The translations under genes were made by a program, and so were the position numbers. 64,000 bases of DNA from a virus. How positions within the stretch are numbered: the first letter of the stretch is position 1; each line of letters begins with the position of its first letter. The stretch is taken from positions 15,594-79,593 of IMG/VR virus record IMGVR_UViG_3300046171_000173. One strand, written 5' to 3'. Positions 31,037-43,403 of this stretch are shown here, one piece after another. The notes under the pieces are model-generated. The model did no database searches, was not told where the DNA came from, and saw only the letters and a program-made list of their open reading frames with translations.

Positions 31037-31894
31037 CTACCCGATAAAGTCAAGAGGAGGTAACTCGTATTCGAGTTGCATCTTCTGTTTGATTGCATCT
31101 AATTCTCTTTGGCCATCGTCATATATTTCTCTTCCGTTTAACTCCAATCCACCCGGAAGTTTAACTCCTCTAAACTTAATTAAATTCTGACCCCACTGTC
31201 TTTTTAGTAATGCAGTAAAATACATCTTTAAAAATGGATCATTGTAAACCTTTGTAAAAGTATTTGGATCTAAAATTCTTTGGCAGTCAATAACTATAAA
31301 ATCACCAGCATTTATGGAGTTATAATCCATGTCAAGATATAAACGATTTTGTTTTTTATTAAATCTTATTTGTTTTTCTGGTGTAAGTAAAAAATCAATA
31401 TCTTCAAGATATGATTTTGTCATTGAATACTGCATAAGTTCAACTGAGTTGAAATAATACAAGTCATTCAAAAATAACTGATATTTAATACTGAACATAC
31501 CACCAGATATTGAACTACTATCAAACTTAAATATTTTTTCAATTCCAATTACAGAATCTGGAATCTGAATAAAGTTTGAGTTCTCGACAAAACTTGATGT
31601 AGTAGTACCATATCCACTTATTGTGGTAGAAGTACCTGTTGTTGTTACAATACCTGCAGTTGTAGTAGCATCTGTTTCAGATGTGGCCTTACCTCTATCA
31701 ATTTCATCTTGAGTAAACTCGTGTTTGAGAAACATTTCCTCAACACCATCAAAATGTCTTTCATTAAAGACTTGTATCGAATCATCCAACAAGTCATCAA
31801 TCTGATCATCATCAATATTAATTTCCAGCACGGGAGCACCTAGTTGCCTAAGTCCGTAGTCAATTAATCCTTGTCTTGATGATGGTTGTGCCAT
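31037..31894 (-). CDS. gp13: Neck protein
   Basis: LGAPVLEIN, KRQWGQNLIKF..LPGG. Confidence 0.94.
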   Translation of the reverse strand: MAQPSSRQGLIDYGLRQLGAPVLEINIDDDQIDDLLDDSIQVFNERHFDGVEEMFLKHEFTQDEIDRGKATSETDATTTAGIVTTTGTSTTISGYGTTTSSFVENSNFIQIPDSVIGIEKIFKFDSSSISGGMFSIKYQLFLNDLYYFNSVELMQYSMTKSYLEDIDFLLTPEKQIRFNKKQNRLYLDMDYNSINAGDFIVIDCQRILDPNTFTKVYNDPFLKMYFTALLKRQWGQNLIKFRGVKLPGGLELNGREIYDDGQRELDAIKQKMQLEYELPPLDFIG

Positions 31895-32106
31895 TATTCT
31901 GCTTCTACCTCAGATGCTAGGTTTTCATACTTAGTTTGCCACTCAAGTGCTTCTGCTGCCAATTGAGTTTTCTCATCATTAAAGTCTGTCATTACAGTTG
32001 TCAATTTCGCTTCCAAAAGAATATTTTGGTTAGTTAATGTAGAAATCTTTTGATTATAAATTTTAATCAAAGTGTTTACATCAACATCATTATTAGAGTT
32101 TGTCAT
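31894..32106 (-). CDS. Small coiled-coil hypothetical protein
   Basis: Coupled ORF; NILLEAKL. Confidence 0.65.
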   Translation of the reverse strand: MTNSNNDVDVNTLIKIYNQKISTLTNQNILLEAKLTTVMTDFNDEKTQLAAEALEWQTKYENLASEVEAE

Positions 32107-32114
32107 TGTTTAGG

Positions 32115-33791
32115 CTAGAAAGTTCCCCCGTCGATCGTTGTTGTCCACATGGGTTTGCTAGTGTATGTAGTCGAGACAGCAGAAGGTGTTTTTCCAGTAC
32201 CAGCACCGTTCAATATAAGATCAGCAGAAGTGTTAAATGTTCCAGTTACACCAATCAATGTAACAGTGGTTCCAGATGATGATGTCTTTACAACACCTTG
32301 CTGTGTTCCACCACCTGCTTGGGTAACTAAATCACCAGCAGTTACTGCTTGAGAACTACCTAATGTAATTGCAATCTCTGTAACAGCAGTTAATAACTGA
32401 GTTGAAGTAATTGTTGCTGCACTTGGAGCAGTGGTTGAGTTCTGTAAACCAGCATTATCAAAGTATACAATACCATGAGTTGCAAAGTCGCCAGACTGAT
32501 AGTAGATACCTTTGATATCTAAATTACCTCTTGTACCTGTTACAACTTCATTTGTAACTGTTGCATCAGGGATGTATGTGAAACTTCTTGCTGGTGCAGA
32601 ACTGTTTTCACCAGTTCCGTCATTATATCCAAAGAAACCTATTTTAGTGTTGGCAGTACCAGCAGCAGTATTATAGTTGAATGAAATACCACGATCTGTG
32701 TTTGTATCATATGCATGAGTAACAGTCAACTGAGTTGTTGTTACAATACCTGCAGTTGTATTATTACTAATAAAGATTGTACCAAGACCAACTCCACCAG
32801 CTGGAGGAATATATGAATGAACTGAACTGTTACTTGGAATACTTGAACTTCCTGTAACAACATCACCTGTGTTAACACCAACTACAGAATCTATTACAAT
32901 TGTAGATGATCCAGATCCAACTGTTGTCATTACAGTTCTGATACTAGTAACATCACCAACCTTCATGATTGCATCATTTAGAGTTGCAGTTGTGGAGTTA
33001 ACAGTAGTTGTCGTTCCATCAACTTGTAAGTCACCTTTGATGATAACTGTACCTTCATTACTTAATCCATCTGGATACGGGTCAATGAATAGTTGATTTC
33101 CACCACCTGCTCTTGTTGCAATTATATTGGATGAAATACCAATATTATCAACTTCAATTCCACCTGTGATTGCAAGTTTGCCACCAAAAGTTGAAATACC
33201 AGTTACATTTAAGTTTCCACCAATATTAACATTCTTCTCTACACCTAATCCACCCTCTGTAAATATTGAACCTGTATCCTTACTATTTGATTGAGTTGCA
33301 ATATTAATTCTTACATCAGCACCAGTTATATTTAATTGATCTGTACCATTTTCATCATATTCAATTTTTGAATCCTTACTTGTACCAAATGTCAAGAAAG
33401 TATCATCAGGAATAACAACTTCACCTGATCCATTTGGATCAATGGTTATATCTCCATCAGTATTAGATGAGGATAATGTATTTAAATCAAGTGTTAAGTT
33501 ATCTACATTCCACTGGTCAACTTTTCTATTCTGATCTAATATCGCAACAAATCCGTTGGACGCTGTAGTTGGGTTTGATTGACTGGCAACCAATCCTGGC
33601 CCATGTGCCATTAAGTCTGTGAAATATCTACCACCAACGACATCCACATTACCTGCGTTGTCACCGACAAATAGTCTTTCACCTTTATTCGCTTGTGTTC
33701 CAGCTCCGATGGTTAAACCAAGTTCACCGAAATTAAGACTCGAAGGAGCAGTTGCACCCGTCGATCTTTTTACTCGTATAATGCTGGCCAT
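32115..33791 (-). CDS. Virion fibre-like structural protein
   Basis: IRVKRSTG..P..L..GELG N-terminus, GDLQVDGTTTTVNST, C-terminal IDGGTF. Confidence 0.7.
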   Translation of the reverse strand: MASIIRVKRSTGATAPSSLNFGELGLTIGAGTQANKGERLFVGDNAGNVDVVGGRYFTDLMAHGPGLVASQSNPTTASNGFVAILDQNRKVDQWNVDNLTLDLNTLSSSNTDGDITIDPNGSGEVVIPDDTFLTFGTSKDSKIEYDENGTDQLNITGADVRINIATQSNSKDTGSIFTEGGLGVEKNVNIGGNLNVTGISTFGGKLAITGGIEVDNIGISSNIIATRAGGGNQLFIDPYPDGLSNEGTVIIKGDLQVDGTTTTVNSTTATLNDAIMKVGDVTSIRTVMTTVGSGSSTIVIDSVVGVNTGDVVTGSSSIPSNSSVHSYIPPAGGVGLGTIFISNNTTAGIVTTTQLTVTHAYDTNTDRGISFNYNTAAGTANTKIGFFGYNDGTGENSSAPARSFTYIPDATVTNEVVTGTRGNLDIKGIYYQSGDFATHGIVYFDNAGLQNSTTAPSAATITSTQLLTAVTEIAITLGSSQAVTAGDLVTQAGGGTQQGVVKTSSSGTTVTLIGVTGTFNTSADLILNGAGTGKTPSAVSTTYTSKPMWTTTIDGGTF

Positions 33792-34019
33792 TTAAAAACT
33801 TCCTCCGTTAATGTCCAAATTCTGTGTTGCTCCCGGTGTTAACTCAAGAGTTGCTGTAAATTTTGCTGTTGTTGCATCATAAACAAGAACCATTCCGTTT
33901 TGTGGGTCGGTTACTTCCACATCAGACAAACCCGCTAGGGTTCCACTAACATTACCTGCTAGTGAAGAAACAACTTTTACAGCGTTCTGTTGTCCTACTC
34001 TGACTTTTATGTTTGCCAT
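33792..34019 (-). CDS. Small virion structural protein
   Basis: LAGLSDV..GMVLVYD; C-terminal INGGSF. Confidence 0.65.
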   Translation of the reverse strand: MANIKVRVGQQNAVKVVSSLAGNVSGTLAGLSDVEVTDPQNGMVLVYDATTAKFTATLELTPGATQNLDINGGSF

Positions 34020-34363
34020 TAGCGTGTGACTCCTTGCCTTACTAAAACGGATCCTTCCACAACTCGTGTGACTTCACCTGCACTATCGGACACGACTACA
34101 TCATAGACATATCGGCCGGGTTTAATTGAAGCAGTTGTAGTACTTGTCAACCCAATCTGTATTTTTCCTAGTGATGCATCTGCTACAGATGCTGTAAATG
34201 TACCCGCAATGCCTGTACTCCCTGCATGCTTTCTCATTTGTGATGAGATAGTGAATCCAGCGATATCTAAGGCAGAATTAGAAGATACATTCTCTAATTC
34301 AAATTGTTGTTGGAATGTTGAACCTGTATTAATTACAAGGTTACTGACATATACTGCTGCCAT
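34019..34363 (-). CDS. Virion structural protein
   Basis: PGRYVYDV...TRVVEG..V..GVTR; TATAAATA late promoter at ~34392-34399. Confidence 0.7.
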   Translation of the reverse strand: MAAVYVSNLVINTGSTFQQQFELENVSSNSALDIAGFTISSQMRKHAGSTGIAGTFTASVADASLGKIQIGLTSTTTASIKPGRYVYDVVVSDSAGEVTRVVEGSVLVRQGVTR

Positions 34364-34417
34364 CTATTCAATAATATGATGATCTATGTTATATTTATAT
34401 TTGATATATTCCGAGTA

Positions 34418-34618
34418 TTAGGACTGCTTATTAACTAATTCACTAAGTAGTGATTTTAGTAGATCAATTTCATCTCTCATCTCATCAAGACGATCTTGTT
34501 GAGACTGTTTTTTGATTTTTGATCTCATGTACATATTATATCCTGTGTTATCACAATTTATAATTGCACCTGATTTTTCATCTCGATAGAGATGTTTATG
34601 TCCTTCTACTGGAATCAT
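34418..34618 (-). CDS. Conserved small hypothetical protein
   Basis: VEGHKHLYRDEKSGAIIN. Confidence 0.7.
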   Translation of the reverse strand: MIPVEGHKHLYRDEKSGAIINCDNTGYNMYMRSKIKKQSQQDRLDEMRDEIDLLKSLLSELVNKQS

Positions 34619-37600
34619 GCTAAAGCAATTACTCTAAGATCTTTGAACTTAGGTGCTTCTGCTTCATTGGTTCCGTTAAATACGATTTTAATTTGGAATC
34701 CAGTGAACTCAGTTAAATCATCAGCAGTAAACTGATAATCTACAAACTCACCACTTGTGCTAGCTGGAACCTTAGAATCTGCACGACCAGTATTCTTAGA
34801 TGCGTCAACTACCAAATCTCCAAATCCATCACCATCTGTGTCTGTTAAGTTATCGAATCCGGGGAACAATTCATATGATTGCTCAATACCTTCCGAATCG
34901 GGTCTGAATAACTTAAACAGTGTTCTGAAATCAGCAGATGTCTTTCTATCAGAACTAATTAAAACTTTAATTGATGTCGCTGGTTGCTTTAAGTCCACAC
35001 GGTTGGAAATATATATTCCCGAATGTGGATCACCAACATTTAGGTTGACCCTTTCATCATTTGCATAATCTGATACAGGTTTATTTAACCTGCTCCTACC
35101 AAAGATAAGAGAACCATTCATAGTATCTACAACAGGTGATAGATTTTCATCAGTTGTTGTAAATCTCATTGATAATGTGGTTGATCTATTTTTTGGTAAA
35201 TCTGTCAATCTCGCTGTCTCATTGACAGGAGAAGCAACTAATCTTGTAGATGTCAATGGATTAATCTTATTCAATTCAATGCTCTCATAACCTTGATCTA
35301 AGAATGAAATCTCAGAACCACCAGCACTGGTTCCACTTACAGTTCTGATTTGAGAACTTAAAGTCGTCTTTCCTGGCTGGAGGGTGTTGAATCTTGGGAA
35401 TACACTATTGAATTGTATATTCTTAGATGCATGTATTTCAGTTCCACCACCAGATCTTTCATCAGTGAAAGATGCCATGATATCATTTGCTGATAAATCA
35501 GGCAATCCTGTTCTACCAGATCCTCTTGGAACTTCAATATAGTAATTATCAATATCTTTCTTACTTGCAAGTAAGGCAGAACTTGGCATATCATGAGTAG
35601 TGTTAATACCAGTCAATGATAAACCATTAAACTGATAACTGAATGATAGACTTCCAATAGCATGCTCACGAATTGCTGATCCATTGATTCCTCTTTCTGC
35701 AATTCCGATTGATGTAATTCCAATTGAATCGTATCTTATAATTTCGTTATTTACCTGTACATATCCTCTTGAAGTTGTAATACCCTCAAATGTTGCAAAT
35801 TTACTAGTATTTGCAGCACCGACTACAATGAAGTTATCAGTTAAACCAAGTTCAGCAGTTAAAGGTGCAGGTTCGGTTGTTGGTGAAACATTTGATATCT
35901 CAACTTTATTATTTCCAGCAGACATACCATGACCATACTGAGATACTTCAAGTACATTACCAGTAAATAGATCACTTACCACTGTATTACTTGTAATATC
36001 TACAGCACCTGATTGTGGTACAGCACCATTAATAACTAAATCTTGTCCAAGTGTGTAATTTTCTCCTTGTACATTAGTTAGATATAGTGTATCTACTCCA
36101 GTTATAGCATCAATACTAATTTGTGCACCACCACCAGAAACCATATCTGCAGTTGTAAGTCCAACAAGGTCTCCTTTTGAATACCCATGTCCTTTTTTAC
36201 TAGATGTGATTGATACTGCACTTGGAACTCCACTGGTAACTGTTACAATACCAGTCGCACTCGATCCAGCACCGGTGATTGCAAATAAATTAACATTCGT
36301 ATAAACTCCATCTGAATATCCAGCACCTACTCGTGAAACAGTCAATGCATTATTAGATGTTGCGATTTCAGATCCGACTCTTTCAAGAGTTCCCATTGGT
36401 GCAGTGGCAGATGCACTACCTTCAGAAATTTTAACTCCAGATACTAAACTATTAACTGTAGCACTTGTAGTTGTTTTTGTAATACCAAGTTTAAGTTTTC
36501 TTGGATATGCTTTAACAGCATTATTAAGAAGATCAGGAACTAACTGACTCTCATAATTTAATTCTGGATTATAGAAGAATGCTGTTGCGTCAGTTGTAGT
36601 AAACTTAGCCTTATTCAATTTGATCTTCATATCCTCAAACTGACTAGGTGTCCAAATACTACCATTCTGAGATTTGAATAAACTACCACCAATATACTGT
36701 TGAGATACAATTACACTTTCAGAATCTGGTAATGCTTGTGTTTCGATCGTAGGATCTCCCATTCTTGAAATCCATGCCTCATAACTATTTGAAGTTGGTG
36801 CTAATAATACAATACAATATTCCTTTCCACCTTCTAAGAATAGAGGTGATGGGAATTTAACATTAGTTGCTAATGATGCATCCTCAGATATATTAACTTG
36901 AGAAGGATCTAATACAACTTGAGCAAATTCTTGAACCTGAATTAAAGTTGGAGTTCCTAATTCCATAGTTCTGACTTGAACAGTCAATTGCTCTTTGACA
37001 TCTTTTGATCTCATAAAGATATCAACAGATGTTAGGAAACATCCTGTCTCATCAACTGTAAATGATTGTGCTAACGGATCACCATTATCTACAAATACTG
37101 TTCTTATAATTGTATTTGTAATAATTACAGGAGGTGGAGGAGCTGGAAGATTTCTTATAACAACTTCTGTCTGCCTTAGAGTATCTACAACACCACTTGT
37201 TCTATAAGTAGCATCTGCTGAACTTATTGAAGGTGCTCCGATGTCTGCAAGAGCGTTTGTGCTACTTGAAGTTATTCTAAATGTTTTCTCACCATTCTTA
37301 AATCTTACTGATGGAACAGGTGTTGATAATGGATCTCTAAAGAAGAATGATCCTTGCAAACTACCTACATTATCAGAAATTAATCTTATGTTTGATACGG
37401 TTGCGGTTGCACCACTTGTTTTACCAACCAACTTGATTCCATTTTTAATATAACCAAAGAATCTACCTTGTGCTTCTTCAGTTAAAGATGCAATATCCAC
37501 ATTAACAATTGTTGATGATGCAGAATAAGTAGTCGCTAAAGTTACTGATGTATTATAAGGATTTGATCCAAAAGTTGATGACGGTGCTGATATACTACCT

Positions 37601-40600
37601 GCTTTATGATTTGGTTGGCATGTTCTAAATGAAATTAATCTATTTGTGCCCTCAAAACCTTCTACAGTTTCATTAATCTGGAATACACCAGAATTCATTG
37701 TAATTTCAATTAGTTTAGGAATAATATCTAATCCACTTGAACTATCGAAGAAAGGATAAAATCTTGTATTTGATTTGATACTTGATGCATTAAATCCAAC
37801 ATTTCGTGAACGAATATGTGTATCTGGTTCACTACTTACAAGAACTTGTGATGTGAATGTGTCTGCTCTATCACCAAATACAGTTCTTGTTCCATCACTT
37901 AATATTATATTTCTTGTCCATGTATCTGCACTTGGATTTAGCACCACACCACCCTTAAATACAATCTGAGCAAATGGGTTTACATTTTCAACTCTTGATG
38001 CTAATGGTTGATTTAATAGTATATCTTCTTCATAATCTAGTGTAATTAGATCACCAGTCTTTTTAACTCCTGAGTCTAATAAAGTTAAATCTGAAGAAAA
38101 ATCAGCAGTTGTTGAGTCAATTGATGGATCTAAGGCTAATTCTGGTTTAACTGAGTAAAAATCAGTTGGTACAATCAACTCTTCTTTTGCAGAATCAACA
38201 TCTGATTTGCAATCAGGGTTTGCTAAATCAAATAATGAATTATTTTTAAAGTCATCTACGAAGAATCCAGACTTAAATCTTGATAGTCCATCAGCATCTT
38301 GAACTTGGAATGTTTTTGTATCAAGTTCCAATAAACTTAATGATGTTATTTCTTCTAAGTTAGAAACTCTATCTTCAATTTTACCAATATCTCTCATGGT
38401 AAATCTACGATTATCAACTACTGTAATTACAACATCATCTACATCATATAAGTATGCTGGCATTTCAATCGTTGCGACTGTCATACCTGTTTCAATATCT
38501 TCAGGAGTCACAGAATTTTCTGATGAAATACCTTTTATTATTTGAAATTCACCTTTAGTATATGCTTGATTAATATTAGCAGATGGATCAAGTATTAACT
38601 TATCAGTTCTTGGAAGATAGAAACTATAACCAATCTTTGATGCCTCATTTGGAGTAACAACTAATGTCGGATTGACACCTGCAGATGAGAAGTTTCTGTT
38701 TGTAAAATCAAATGGTGATGAAGTTGTAGCAGTAAACTCTGCAACTCTTGGTCTGAAATCTAAAGTATCAGTGGCCCTAATACCATTACCTAATATTGGA
38801 ATATCTTTTGAATATCTTTCTTCATCATAAGATCCAACTGTATAAACATCACCAGTATCATTTGATGGTACACTGTAATGATTAACGACAACTGTAAGTC
38901 TACGATTTGGAACTCTTTCACCAGCATTTCTTACGATTCTTGAATAGTCATAGAAACTCTGTCTTTGGCCTTTATCTAGTGTATAACTTGAGGTTACATC
39001 TAAGTAAGATCCTTCTGTAATTCCTTGTAAGTTTGTAATAATATTTGATTCTTCAAATGTAACTGTTTCTCCAACTCTAAATTTATTTTGAGTTAAATAT
39101 GCGATCTCCACAATTGTTGCAGAAACACGATCAGTAATCTGTGCAATCGCACCACTTGTTGATCCAATTATTTTCTCCCCTAATACTGACGCTGTATTAA
39201 GTGCCAATCCACTTACAAATACAAGACGATCTAAAACAGGGTTGATTGTTGTAAGAGATTCAAAAACACCAACAACATTCACAACATCAGGAATATTGAG
39301 TGATATAACCTTATCTTCAACTCTTAATCCAAATGCTGTTGTATTTTCTGTAAGACCATTTGCTGTTGATATTCCAGAATTTGTTAAAGTTACATTTATT
39401 TTTTTACTTCTATCAAATGATTTTTGTTTAATCTTAATATCATTCTTACGAACAGTTGCATTCACAGCAACATTGGTTGCTCCTGCTCCTACAAAATTAG
39501 ATCCAGTTAATCCTTGAATTGTTAATGTCTGACCATTATTTGATATTGTAACTTGATCGGATGTTAAAGGTGCAATATCACCTGCCTTTCCATGAACTGA
39601 ATATCTATCTTCATCAAAAGTCTCAAATATTGCATTTGATGCAACACCAGTATCAGTAATATTTGCAGTGAATACACCAGTCGCACCAATGGCCACACCT
39701 GTAATTTGTGTTTTGACTGATAAATCTGAGTTAGTTAGTGATACATCTGAAACATTTTTATTCTCAAGTTGTGCAAATAATCCATTTCCTTCATCTTGTA
39801 TTACTGGTATTGCTTTACGGACACCTGTTGGAGTATCAGCACCTAAAGTTGCTACATTGACTCCACTTACTGCTGTAGTTGCTGCTAGTGTGAAGTGATT
39901 TTAAATCTGCACTTATCGCAGTAATTCGATGTATTCTAGGGTCTGTATCAGTGGTTTTGCTATAAGTTATATGATCACCAACTTTTAGCGATCCAAATGT
40001 TTTGCCAGCACAAGTTAATACATTTGAACCACTGATGTTTATTTCATCTGAAGGAGATAATTCTCTAATTGGTGTTGACTTTAAAACTAAATCTGCACTA
40101 AAATCATATCCAAATCCTGCAAATAACCCATTTGTATTCCGATAAACTGATTTAATATCCTCAAGTCTATGTGCTGTGACTGTTTTAATACTTCGAGAAA
40201 CTGTAGTAAGACCATTAATTTGTATCTGTTCTCCTACAATAAATGTTCCTGAAGTATCACTTAATGTAATAGTTGCACTGTTACCACCAGCAGATGTTGC
40301 AAAACCAGAAGCACCACTACTTAGACCCTCTACGAATGCAGTATCTGGTAATTCTGTGCTTGATACTGCAGTATTTAAAACTAGACTTGTAAATGTCTGA
40401 ACATCAAAAAGATAAAGATCAAATTTAGTAGACGCACCAGAATATGCAGCATCAGTATTCTCAAATGCATAAATCTTTGCGGATCCTATCTTCTGTTCCA
40501 CTGGCTAAAAGTTGCATTCGCAGTTGTCTTTTCTTTGATTTCTTAATGATATTGTATTATCAATATTAATTCCTAACTTTGGTGTACCATTACATTGTTA

Positions 40601-41801
40601 ATTTGGAAATTTATTTCCAAACTTAAATGGTACAGAAGATAATTCTATTTCTTTCTTATCTCTTGGTTTTTCAATATCTAATATTGTACTTACAGGTCTC
40701 TCAATATCATATCCTCTTACATATGCCTTTCCGGGAGATACTTTTAGTGCAAATAAATCATCAGTCGGTGTTGCACCTTGGTCAGTATTTTCTCCTGAAT
40801 TAAATACACCTTCATTTGATATACCATCATTTAAGGATTCAGCAGGTTCTATTTTGAAGTTTCCAACTGAATAGTTACCAGATTCTTCGTATGTTCTCTT
40901 TGCAAAGTAATCTTTAATTAAATTATATTGTGTTTTATTTTGAACTTTCTTTAATTCACCGTCATCAAGACGCATGATTTCAATAAAATTCTTATCATTG
41001 TAGTCTGTTAGACCTTTTTTTGATAAAGTTGTAGATATTTTTAAACGATCTGCACCCGGAGCCGCAAAGTTTGAGAATCCTCTTGCATTATCATAGAGAG
41101 AATCATCATCATTTGCAGTTACTAATTGTTCTTCGATGAATAATCCAACTCTGTATGATGGTGTATTTGTATAAGGGTCAAGAACTAACTTATCAGCTGA
41201 TACATTTACAAAATGTCCACGAATAAAGAAAACTCCATCGGCAATAGAAACTCTACATCCAGTTGCTGATGCGCCTATGTCAACTAAAGTTGCTACAGTA
41301 TCTCCTGAATTAATTAAAGTATTTCCATATACAAGAGACTCTTGTATTAAAAGATTTTCACCATCTTCTAAAAATTTTGAGGTATTATCGTTTCCTGCAT
41401 CAAGATATTTTACAAAAAATGTTAAATCTGTAATTCCTGTAGCATCATTTGGTAATGAATAATCATCAATTAATATTTTGATACCAGTGCTTTGTCCTTC
41501 TAATATTTTTCCTTTTAATTGGTCAACATATAATGATACTGGAATACCTAAATGATTAGAATTTAACTTTATCGAAAAATATTCTGAATCATATTGACTA
41601 TTTCCGGGAATCACCATTGATCCCTCTTTGAACATATGACTACCGAACGATTCAATCTGATCTTGTAAGATAGATTGTAAAGTTGTTAATTCCCTTGCCT
41701 GAACAGGCTTTACCCGGATTAAATAATACCTTATAAAAGTTACTATCCTTTGAAAAATCGTCGTAATATGGATTTATATTTAAATTAGTTTTCTGTGGCA
41801 T
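34615..41801 (-). CDS. Large VrlC / DUF4815-like virion structural protein (~2400 aa, split by indels)
   Basis: MPQKTNLNINPYYDDF start at 41801; APGADRLKI, RTYEESGNY, MRDIGKIEDR, DPLAQSF, KDLRVIALA. Confidence 0.85.
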
Positions 41802-41804
41802 TTT

Positions 41805-43367
41805 TTAGAATTCCAGAATGATTTTAACATCTTCTTTTTGTCTTGAGTTCCTAGTAATAGTCGCTCTATTGTCAATGTAAATTACATCACCCGACCCTTT
41901 ATTTATCTCAGGTGTAGCAAGACCATTTGTGAAAGTCACTCCGAGTCCTACATTCTTTGAACTTACTGTGGTAATACCAAGACTGAATGTAGTTTCAATT
42001 GATCCACTAAATCCACTTGGCCCTGAAACTTGGTTTGTTGATGATTCAAATCCAAGAACTTGACCTGCAGTTGAAATACCAACATAATCTGTCTGATCAG
42101 TTGAGTTTCCAAAATATAATGATCTATCTTGAATGTATTTCATCACCTTTGTTTCTGCATCAAATGATGCAACATAACCAACTGCTTTAAGTCCACTTCC
42201 CAAAGTTTGAGTAATTTTTTCACCAATTGATGGTGTTGTACCATTTGTTGATGTGAATTTAAATGCACTTAATGATGAATAAGAATCACCAAAGTAAATT
42301 GATGTAGTTCCGATTGATGTTGGATTTTTAACCAACTCAACTTGAGCAAATTTAGTAGTTAGTGGGAAATCTTTATTATCTCCACCAAACCTTGCGTATA
42401 CTAATACACGATCAGTTCCTAGTTCTTCATATACATTATGTCCATGTCCCTTTGATGGAGGAATAATTGGTATTAGTTTTGCTTTTGTTGAGGCATTTGC
42501 ATTAATTGAACCTAAGTCAACTAATCCATAACTATAACCTTTACCACCAGAAGATACAACTGCATTTGTTATTTTACCACTTACAACATCAACTACGACT
42601 TTACCACCAGTACCATCCCCAAGAATACTAAACTCTTGTCCTAGTCCACCAGAGTATCCTTCACCTTGATTGTCAATATAGACTTTCTTAATTTGGTTAT
42701 TGTTTGTATCAGAATCTCCATTCTCTCTTACAGATTGAATTGAAGCATCATTTGTAGTCGTCCATTCATTTGGAACTGCAATAAAGTCAGTTGAGTCAAA
42801 CTTTATAATATCACTTGGTGAAACTGTAAATAAGTATTTCCAAATATATCCATCACCACTCTCACCAGCTTTAGATGGTTCTAAGTCTGTAAATGTCGGT
42901 ACATCCTGAGATGCATTACCTGTTGTGTTGATACCTGAAGAACCATTGTCTATACAAACATAAACATTAAAGTTCTCATTCATTACATAGTATCTGGCAT
43001 CATATAAACGAGATGACTGTGTAATTGGAGATGGTGAACTTACACTATAATCATGACGATACATTTCATATCTTGTTCCCTGTGTCCAATTAACTCTACG
43101 AACTAATCTTCTCACATTCTTACCAATTACTCTTTTTCCAAATAAACTGGTATCGCCAATATGATTGACACTATTAATATTATCTACTGGGTTTGGAGTT
43201 GCTGTATCCCATGTGGATGTTCTACCAAAGCCAACAACTGTAGGATTTGGTAAACTAACTGACACATAAAATGAACTAGATGGATCAGTACCTCCTACCC
43301 CTGTAACTGTATCAACAAAGTTACTTGCATTTAATATTCTAAACTGATCTGTTACAACTGCTGGCAT
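41805..43367 (-). CDS. gp8: Baseplate wedge subunit
   Basis: DGYIWKYLF; C-terminal IYIDNR..TR...QKEDVKIILEF. Confidence 0.92.
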   Translation of the reverse strand: MPAVVTDQFRILNASNFVDTVTGVGGTDPSSSFYVSVSLPNPTVVGFGRTSTWDTATPNPVDNINSVNHIGDTSLFGKRVIGKNVRRLVRRVNWTQGTRYEMYRHDYSVSSPSPITQSSRLYDARYYVMNENFNVYVCIDNGSSGINTTGNASQDVPTFTDLEPSKAGESGDGYIWKYLFTVSPSDIIKFDSTDFIAVPNEWTTTNDASIQSVRENGDSDTNNNQIKKVYIDNQGEGYSGGLGQEFSILGDGTGGKVVVDVVSGKITNAVVSSGGKGYSYGLVDLGSINANASTKAKLIPIIPPSKGHGHNVYEELGTDRVLVYARFGGDNKDFPLTTKFAQVELVKNPTSIGTTSIYFGDSYSSLSAFKFTSTNGTTPSIGEKITQTLGSGLKAVGYVASFDAETKVMKYIQDRSLYFGNSTDQTDYVGISTAGQVLGFESSTNQVSGPSGFSGSIETTFSLGITTVSSKNVGLGVTFTNGLATPEINKGSGDVIYIDNRATITRNSRQKEDVKIILEF

Positions 43368-43403
43368 TTTATTGCTTTTTTCCTATATTTATACTAGTTT
43401 TTA